From assembly GCF_964355755.1 (NCBI RefSeq), contig NC_092672.1, forward strand, positions 26,790,437-26,854,436: 64,000 nucleotides of DNA. Reading direction: 5' to 3'. Made by a program: the position numbers and the translations under genes. The notes beneath the pieces were generated by a model. It worked only from the letters and a program-made list of their open reading frames with translations. It made no database searches and was not told the DNA's origin. Position 1 is the stretch's first letter, and each line of letters starts with the position of its first letter. The stretch is from Antedon mediterranea (taxonomy: Eukaryota; Animalia; Echinodermata). Shown here in pieces: positions 55,482 to 64,000 of this stretch.

Positions 55482-56749
55482 GACAGCAACCACATCCTAA
55501 AGGATTGACCAATAAAAAATGTGTAGCCATATACAGTACTGTACACTCAAACTGTCAATTTTGTTAACTGTATTAAAATTAGAATTCTTCCAAGGTTAGT
55601 TAAATAATATTATGCGGTCATGGACCCAGATTAAGAACTTTACCTTTAGGCTGGCCAAATGAGGTAGAATGAAATCTATTGGAACATTGTTCCCACAGAA
55701 ACAAAGGTACAAATACAATTAGCATGCAGTGAGTGTAAACTTGTAACAAAAGATGTTTTTTTGACAAAAACATTGTGAATGGTCAAATGAAAGTTAAATG
55801 GTATTGCGTCATAGAGAAGATATTTGAAATTACTTTTGATTTTGACATTAACAAGAAGTATATTTATTTGAAAAATGTGGCTAAAATTTGTTTTACTTAT
55901 TTGAAATTCTCATAAAAAACACAAAAATAAGCATAAACAAGGCAACATCAATAACAAAAGTTAAATCAGAATAAGATTTTAAACTGTGAAATTTAAGAAA
56001 ATAACAATAACATTTTACAATTAACAACACTTTCTGAAAGCCTTTGTATAAAAATCCAGAATAAGACACTATAAATAAATTGAATGTCGGCAAACTATGG
56101 ACTGCAAAATTACACTTGTTTAGGGCTGTGGAGCAGGTTTCAGAAATTGAAAAAAAAATGTTAACAAATGTTTTAATAAAAAAAAAATTGTTGGTTTAAC
56201 AGTTTGGAGAAGTCTCCTGGAGTCACTAGTGGCTAATAAAGTGACCTCTCCCTTAAATAATCACAAAGACAAATATATACACAAGATACTCTACACAAAA
56301 AAAAGTCTTATTACAAAAGTCTTTGGGAGTGGAGTTGTTCTGTCATAAGAACAAAATCTTCCAATCTGACAGGATTTCAAACAGCTACAAAAAAAAAAAC
56401 CAGCAAAAGTGTCAAGATGATGAATGGTGTTTGATGTTTCACCAATTCTTGTCAGTTCTGTGAATTTAATTTATCTTACAGAAAATGTTAGTAAATACGC
56501 CAAAGAAAGGGACGAAATAATGCATGTTGCTAGACTCGATATGTTTTGTTTTATGAAAGTGCGCCATTTTTAATAACATTCTGATGTACGTAGCCGATTA
56601 ATTTTGGGTTGTTTCGTGCATGAATTTATTCATTTGTGAACAAGAGGGTGGAGCATTGTAATAATGAAGGAAAATTAAGAGTTGAGAAGATGAATCTAAA
56701 CAGGCAGGACTATTAACAAATAATATATGATATATTTGTTAATATTATT

Positions 56750-57290
56750 AAACACAACAGGCATAGAAATAAATTCCAAACCGCTCGGTGATACATACAC
56801 CGAAAATTATTTAATTAATTTTTGAAACGATAAAGATGAGGAAATCTGTGAGAATGAGAAAAAGTCGCCCCAACCGAGACTCGAACTCGGACCGTCTGCT
56901 TGATATGCAGTTGCCCTAACCATTAGACCACTGGGGCTTTCATGGTATTGTTCTTTAACTCGATCGGATAACGACCCTTTAACATTCTCGGCGTGGTACG
57001 GTTGGAACACAACTAGTCCTCAGTTGTACGCACGCGCACCAGAGATCAAATTGATACGCCCTCATCTATAATTCAGTATATTTATTCACTAAGCGGGATC
57101 TCGAGAGATACTTTTATATATATATAAACACAACAGGCATAGAAATAAATTCCAAACCGCCCGGTGATACACCGAAAATTATTTAATTTTTTAAACGATA
57201 AAGATGAGGAAATCTGTGAGAATGAGAAAAAGTCGCCCCAACCGAGACTTGAACTCGGACCGTCTGCTTGATATGCAGTTGCCCTAACCC
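56750..57290 (-). mobile_element. tRNA-containing repeat, ~376-bp unit, 1.4 tandem copies joined by (TA)n
   Basis: aaacacaacaggcatagaaataaattccaaaccg starts at ~56750 and ~57126. The second copy is truncated within the tRNA D arm. Confidence 0.75.
56866..56937 (-). tRNA. tRNA-like gene or pseudogene with anticodon ATC, embedded in a repeat
   Basis: GCCCCAG TG GTCT AATGGTTA GGGC A ACTGC ATATCAA GCAGA CGGT CCGAG TTCGAGT CTCGG TTGGGGC G forms a 72-nt cloverleaf. It has A and B boxes and a downstream TTTTT terminator. Confidence 0.6.
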
Positions 57291-58714
57291 TAATATTATT
57301 GTAATGATTCTATTATTTGTAAATATTATGTAATATTGTGTATATGATTATAGAATATAGTGTTATTCGATATTATCATTTCGTTATATTTGTTAATATA
57401 GATACTAATAAATGAATTGAGTTTCATAACATTAAAAAATTCAAATATATTCAATCCTACTGTATATGTTTTTACATGTTTTTGTAGGCGAGTGGTATCA
57501 CATATCTTCAGCCAAATTATTTAGATGATGCGAATTGTCCATAACGATTACTGACATTTTTTGTTATCAGTCGATCTAGGTATCTTTAAAAATATATAAT
57601 CTTTGTGTCACTTGATTGGAAGATTGTGGGTCACATGATATTCAAGACATATACTATTGAACTCTTGCGTCAGAGGGAAATGTGTTACACAGAACATACA
57701 ATGCATGGCTACTTACTGTGCATTCGACAATCAACCTGTAGTGTCACGCCCTCTATAAATGTTCTATTCTTCGCGTCCAATTCAATTACGGCCTTCTCAA
57801 ATGGTTTAGGCCTTGGCCTATCCTCTCGTTAAAAATAGGTGTGTTATAAAACATATAAGGGATGTTTTATTCATGTAATGTTACAAAATAATTTAATTCG
57901 GTGAAAGATGAAAGGTTCTATTTTCAACTCATGAAATTATTTTTAGCAGTGTACTACATTCATATATAATAGTTGTAACATGTGATCATTTCAATGGATT
58001 TAATGGCTGTTGTGAGTCTATTTCCATAAAACATAACAAACAAGAAAAAAAAGCCCTGCTACGTATTTCATTGATCATTTCATTCTATCGAAAAATACAA
58101 TGTCTCTTTCAATATTTGTATCGAGTCCTTTAATTTTGGAGTTTATTAATTAAGTAATTAAGTTAAATTAATTAGCTTTTCTACTTACATATAATAATTC
58201 TTGTCTGTTGCTATGAGTCAATTATAACATGGTTGTTCATTTTATTAAAATTGTATTAACATTTCACAAGTGTGGTACTGGTAGAATATCAAATCCATAA
58301 ACAAAACCACTGTCAGCTTGATTTCATATATTTATAACCTAATATGATTAGAGTGGGTTTGCATTACATTTATACTGCAGTTGTTAAAATTACATCTTGT
58401 CATATTTTATAGTCATAGAGGATACATTACATTTGATAAAATGTCAACAAATGTCATTGTTTATTTGTATTGGCCTCAATAAAAATTTCAATGATCAAAT
58501 GAATAGACAGCAAAATACTGATGAATAAGATTATCATTATATTAACAATGAAGATAACTATATATTCTTATGGAATTGATAACAATGTATGTAGATAATG
58601 CATGATGTGAATTATTATATGAATCGACAAAATGGCAGAAAAATACTGATGCATAAGATGATAATATTGATTATGATAATACCATTATTTTATCAATTTT
58701 AATGATAATAATAA

Positions 58715-59580
58715 TATTGATAATAATGAAGATGACTATATAACCATAATATTGATAATAATGAAGATGAATATAACCATAATATTGATAACAATGAAGA
58801 TGAATATAACCATAATATTGATTACAATGAAGATGACTATAATCATAATATTGATAACAATGAAGATGACTGTAATCATAATATTGATAACAATGAAAAC
58901 GACTATAACCATAATATTGATAACAATAAAGAATATGACTATCATAATATTAATAACAATGAAGATGACTATAATCATAATATTGATAACAATGCAGATG
59001 ACTATAATCATAATATTGATAACAATGCAGATGACTATAATCATAATATTGATAACAATGAAGATGACTATAATCATAATATTGATAACAATGCAGATGA
59101 CTATAATCATAATATTGATAACAATGAAGATGACTATAACCATAATATTGATAACAATGAAGATGACTATAATCATAATATTGATAACAATGAAGATGAC
59201 TATAATCATAATATTGATAACAATGAAGATTACTATAATCATTATATTGATAACAATGAAGATTACTATAATCATTATATTGATAACAATGAAGTTGACT
59301 ATAATCATAATATTGATAACAATGAAGATGACTATAATCATAATATTGATAACAATGAAGATGACTATAATCATAACATTGATTAACAATAAAGATGACT
59401 ATAATCATAATATTGATAACAATGAAGATGACTATAATCATAATATTGATAACAATGCAGATGACTATATTCATAATATTGATAACAATGAAGATGACTA
59501 TAATCATAATATTGATAACAATGAAGATGACTATAATCACAATATTGATAACAATGAAGATGACTATAATCATAATAACA
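58715..59580 (+). repeat. 33-bp minisatellite (GATAACAATGAAGATGACTATAATCATAATATT), about 26 copies, with degenerate flanking units at ~58515-58715 and ~59730-60120
   Basis: Direct tandem array. It explains all the low-complexity ORFs in 58736-60021. Confidence 0.95.
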
Positions 59581-60285
59581 ACAATTTTTCAACTTTTTCT
59601 GTATTTAAGTTTGTTTCATTTTTACACTCTAGGGGGTCGGAGAGTCTTTTTGACAATCCCTTCTACCCCCTAAAGTGCTCTGTACCTTATGATTTTTATT
59701 ATTTATAAAAAACAAAATAAATGAAATGAAATTGCAATAAAGACGACTATTTCCATAATATTTACAACAGTGTAGGTGACTATATGCATGACATTGATGA
59801 AAACAATGAAAATGACTATATGATGACTATAACTCATGGAATCAATATTAATGAAGATGACTATTTTCATAATAATTGATAACAATGAAGATGACTATAG
59901 GGATGATATTGATAACAATGAATATCACAATAAAACACATGATATTGATGACAATGAAGATGACTATACATTGATGGAAATAATAATAATCAAGTTGGCT
60001 ATAATTATATTATATTTATGAGTATAATTGAACTTGATATTGATAACATTAACAATGAGGATGACACACACATGATATTGATAAAAAATGAAGATGACTG
60101 TACAATTGATATTGATGACAATTTATTCAATACAAGCATGATTAATATTAATTGCTAACAGTTCATAGAATAGATGAAATAAGCACATGTCTTGTACAAA
60201 CAATATATGATAACAGTAATTGAACTAATAATAATTAATTATTAAATAATGAAGAGTCAAAATAGTAACATATTAAAATAGTTGA

Positions 60286-60834
60286 AACTAGAGGGTACTC
60301 GGAGAGTACAAACCTCCGCCTACTGTAAAATTCCCGTACATAAAATGTCCCCGGAAAATATATATATATTTTTTTAATTGTATTTAATACGTCTAAGTCT
60401 AAATAGGCTAACTGCACACTACACAGTTGTGGATGAGAGTTCGGTCTAATGGTTATGTATCCAGCCTCTCACAGTTGAGATAGCTGGTTCAAGTCCTGCT
60501 GAGGTTTTTTTTTTTTTTTTTTTTTTTGTGGACCTTGATCTTTGACTCTGACCCTTCAAAATGTAACCACAATTATATGGTGAGTCATTGATAATTGTGG
60601 CTAGTTTGGTGAGAATCGGATAAAAACTGTGGTCTTTAGGCAGTAAAATAGTTTTTTTGTTAGTTGTGACCTTGGCCTATGACCTTTTCCCCTCAAAATC
60701 GAACTCGTTCGAGCTTTTGGGGCATAGATCATTGTGGCCAAATTTGGATGAAAACTGTGGCCTCCAGGCTGTTCACAGACACACACACACACAAACATAC
60801 AGGGGTGAAAACATAACCTCCTTGGCGGAGGTAA
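60286..60834 (-). mobile_element. Helentron/DINE-like non-autonomous element (HINE)
   Basis: Subterminal inverted repeat ACCTCCGCC (60312-60320) / GGCGGAGGT (60824-60832). End hairpins GTACTC-GGAG-AGTAC and ACCTCC-TTGGC-GGAGGT. It also has a (CA)n tract, TGACCTT motifs and a CTAGTTT end on the minus strand. Confidence 0.75.
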
Positions 60835-63800
60835 TAAGAGGAACATAAATGAATGTATGATGTACAGAAAAGTTTGAATTGTTCACAATAGAATTATGCT
60901 TCTACAGTAAATCAGATCCTAACCAAATTGTATTTAAACATAATTTTAAATTTTAGGAACTGTTATATTTTTTTTGAATAAATATTACGAAAACAAAACA
61001 AATTTTTTATTGTATTCATTGAGATACATACTAGTGGTGTAAAATTGGAGGTCCTTTTTAAATTCCGAATATAGAAGAATAGGGTTTTCCATAAAACCCA
61101 CATAAAAAAGGATGTCAATCAATTTGTAGAGTGGTCCCTAATTAGAGGGAAGCTTTAAAAAGATCGTTTAATCCATATACAATTGATATATAAAATAGCA
61201 GAATGATTTGGTTAATTTAGTAGATTACATATTACCAATTGATACATATACTTCAACACTGTTTTTGTTACAAGCACTGTACAATTGGTAAATATGTGTC
61301 TTCCGAGGTCCATTAGTAAATGAATAAGTAAACAAGATAGCTGATACTATTTTCAATTCACTAATTGTACCTTGAGGTTATAGTGTTTTCAATCAGTGTC
61401 CGGTGAAGTAATGTATTAGTAGATTTATCATCCAATTTAATCCGATATACGGCGACTTTTATTGTAAAATGTGAGGCATAAATATCAAGTTTTATTTTTC
61501 AGCAGCACACAGCTAGGCCAACTATTTGTTTTTCAATCTTAAATGGCTCAATTAAAAAAGTTAATGTATAAGAAAGATAATAGGTATGTTTACGCGCTCT
61601 TTTCCCTATCATAGTAAAATATAGTCTAACAACTGGTTTAACTTGTTCTGTGACCGATAGGTCTATGGTATAACATTAATTCAAATGGAGCTCTGGTATT
61701 TCATTTATATTGGAGTTAACAACACAGAGGTATAACAAAATTATCATTTAGATTAGCTTTAAATCTGCTCGATAATATGCCGAAATCTAGTGGTGTGGGT
61801 GTGTGTGTGTGTGAACACTATTCTACTAACTCATACTGTAAACTTTAGTGTGAACACCATTGGGGCAGAGTGAGTTTTTATTTAAAAGATAAGTCATTGA
61901 ACAATCTTGGTTGGTTTAAATCCTTCTGGTTACATATTTCTCAATACATTTTCCATCCAATTTTTAAAATATTCACATTTTTTACATTGAAATCGCATAA
62001 TTAAAATGGGGTTTAACATGAACTACACCACAGTGTAGTAGGAGTTCGCATAAATAAAAACGGTATCTCACAGATAATAAAATAACACTAGATAGCTATT
62101 AATTGCTTTATTGTTTCTTAATTATTCATAAAAACATACGACTTTTAACATTTGTATGCACATTATCTTTTAATAGCTCATTGTCTTTCAATTACTTCAT
62201 GATTTGATTAACATTATCTTTTTTAAATATGTTATCAAAATATCACTAAATCAGTTATATCATAGTTAGATTTAAATATTATAATCTCTATTAAAATATT
62301 TTAATAAAACTTTTCATTTTGTTTTAAAGCAAAATTTTTTGTTAGTATAATTTGTATATTAAGCATGATCAATAAATTAAATTCTGGTAACAATTATCTG
62401 TAACAACATAGTAAAACTATTAGTAAGGCAAAAATAATTAAAACGTGCAAAAATGCACCATATACCAAATATAGTCCCATACTCAAATGTATGCTTGTAC
62501 AGACATGATGTTATATAAAATTCAGTATCTTTAAATATTAGAGTGTGGGCCTACTAATTCTCTTCACATTTCATATCAAGGTCCCCTGGGACTATACTTA
62601 ATCATATACAGTAATTTTTGTGCAATCACGTTGATTGCCAAAAGCTAATATGCTTGTCCAAATGGGTGTTGCTTTTGTTTTTTCACATTAAGCTCTCTCT
62701 ACACTTTCAAACTAGTTTTAAAAAAAAAGTGTAATGTGCTCAAATATGGTAGTGATATGACATCATCATGTCCACATCACATTTTTGAAACATAATGGTT
62801 GATAGTGTAGACAGGGATTTAGATAGGAACAAATCTTTCATCACCAACATTTAAATTATCCACCATGTATCAGTCGTAGGAAATATCATAAACTTCATAT
62901 AGCACCCTCTAGTGTTTGGGGATTGTACAAACTAACCAACTATTATTTTTGCCATAGAATAAAAACATTGTAGCAGTCTCATGTCCTTTTGACACAAGAA
63001 GTGTAGTTTTAGCAGTGAACGTCAACTTTAAAGTCCACTGATTTGTGATTGTTCAAGCTACATTCTCACCTAATTGGCCAAATGGATTTGATGAACACTA
63101 CCCATTTTTTATCCTGTCCATTTCAAAGCAAACCCTTTTTGTCCAGTTTTAGTTAGTTAAATGTTTAACATTTCAACAATTATTAGCTTTATGCCATTTT
63201 CTCTGTAGAATCATTTTTATCCTAACAACCACAAACAAGATTAAAATGCATGTGATAAACACAATCCAAAGTAGTGACCTGGACCTAGAATCGCCACAAG
63301 TTGGGTTAAACTTAACAGAGAATGCTGAACCAAATACAAGCGCATTATAAATTAACATGTCATAGGTCATGTTTAGGTCCTAGGTCAACGCTATTTTCAG
63401 TTCTTCTTTCATACGTTTTCAAAACTAAAGCAAATAGATACTAGTTTTCAATAAGCAAAAATGCTTGGCGTTTGAACAGTGTTTATAGTAAGAATTGTCA
63501 CTAGCCTTGATTCAAGAACTGTAAAGCACATGTACATATTCCAATTACAATAAACTTGGTGTGTAAAGAGTACTTCAAATTAAAAAAAATCATGATCAAT
63601 TCAATTTCTTCATTTAGCTATCACCAACCTGAGACTGATGACATCATGCAAGCCTCAGAAGACGTTGTTCAAAAACAAGGGAAATATTAACCACCTTATT
63701 AGCCTCAGAGTACTGGTATTATTCTCCAATCTAAGAGTCAACCCTTTTTCTTGCAATTTCAATTGAGTATATTATTCTTTCATGAATTACCTACCGAAAA

Positions 63801-64000
63801 ACCGGTAGGGACTTCATTTTAAGCATAAAAAAACTAATTTTTTTCCATCCATTTCTTAATCCTCAACACAAGTTACCTGCAGTATTCTTCATGTATTTCT
63901 TCTTTTCTATCTTTTTCAAAATGACTGGGCCTAGACAATCTTGTCTGCCCACCAACATTTGGCCTAGTACAAACTGATGCCTCAATCCTAGGCCTAGGAT

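Noticed and set aside
57020-57040. CTGAGGA on the minus strand as a hammerhead core (also CTGATGA at ~16614, ~19493 and ~44010)
   Set aside because: There is no properly placed stem II plus GAAA and closing stems.
57281-57293. CCCTAACCCTAA at the truncation point, suggesting telomere healing
   Set aside because: There are only two units and the first belongs to the element itself, so chance is likely.
58736-59708. Long ORFs (217, 318 and 207 aa) on both strands
   Set aside because: They are by-products of a 33-bp (multiple of 3) minisatellite, with no unique coding flanks.

Overview
AT-rich eukaryotic (invertebrate-like) genomic DNA. It is almost entirely intronic or upstream sequence packed with repeats. 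The only well-supported protein-coding content is three minus-strand exons (8194-8398, 1392-1538, 178-424). They splice in frame into the N-terminus and PH domain of a phosphoinositide phospholipase C, most like PLC-eta. The third exon ends at a U12-type AT-AC donor (ATATCCTTT), and the gene continues off the left edge. The rest of the window contains: a 6.5-kb non-autonomous CACTA/EnSpm-type transposon (CCC ends, 2-bp TSD) carrying 71-bp, ~196-bp and 164-bp tandem arrays; TTAA Kolobok-like MITEs; a hAT-like element with a 5-bp TSD; a 608-bp near-perfect palindrome; three Deu/Nin-like tRNA SINEs; a Helentron-like element; LINE fragments; and several minisatellites. The most unusual item is a repeat family with an internal, fully foldable tRNA-like gene (anticodon ATC), one copy of which lies next to a degenerate hammerhead-ribozyme-like motif. 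No CRISPR arrays or prokaryotic systems are present. All family assignments come from manual motif recognition, not database searches.
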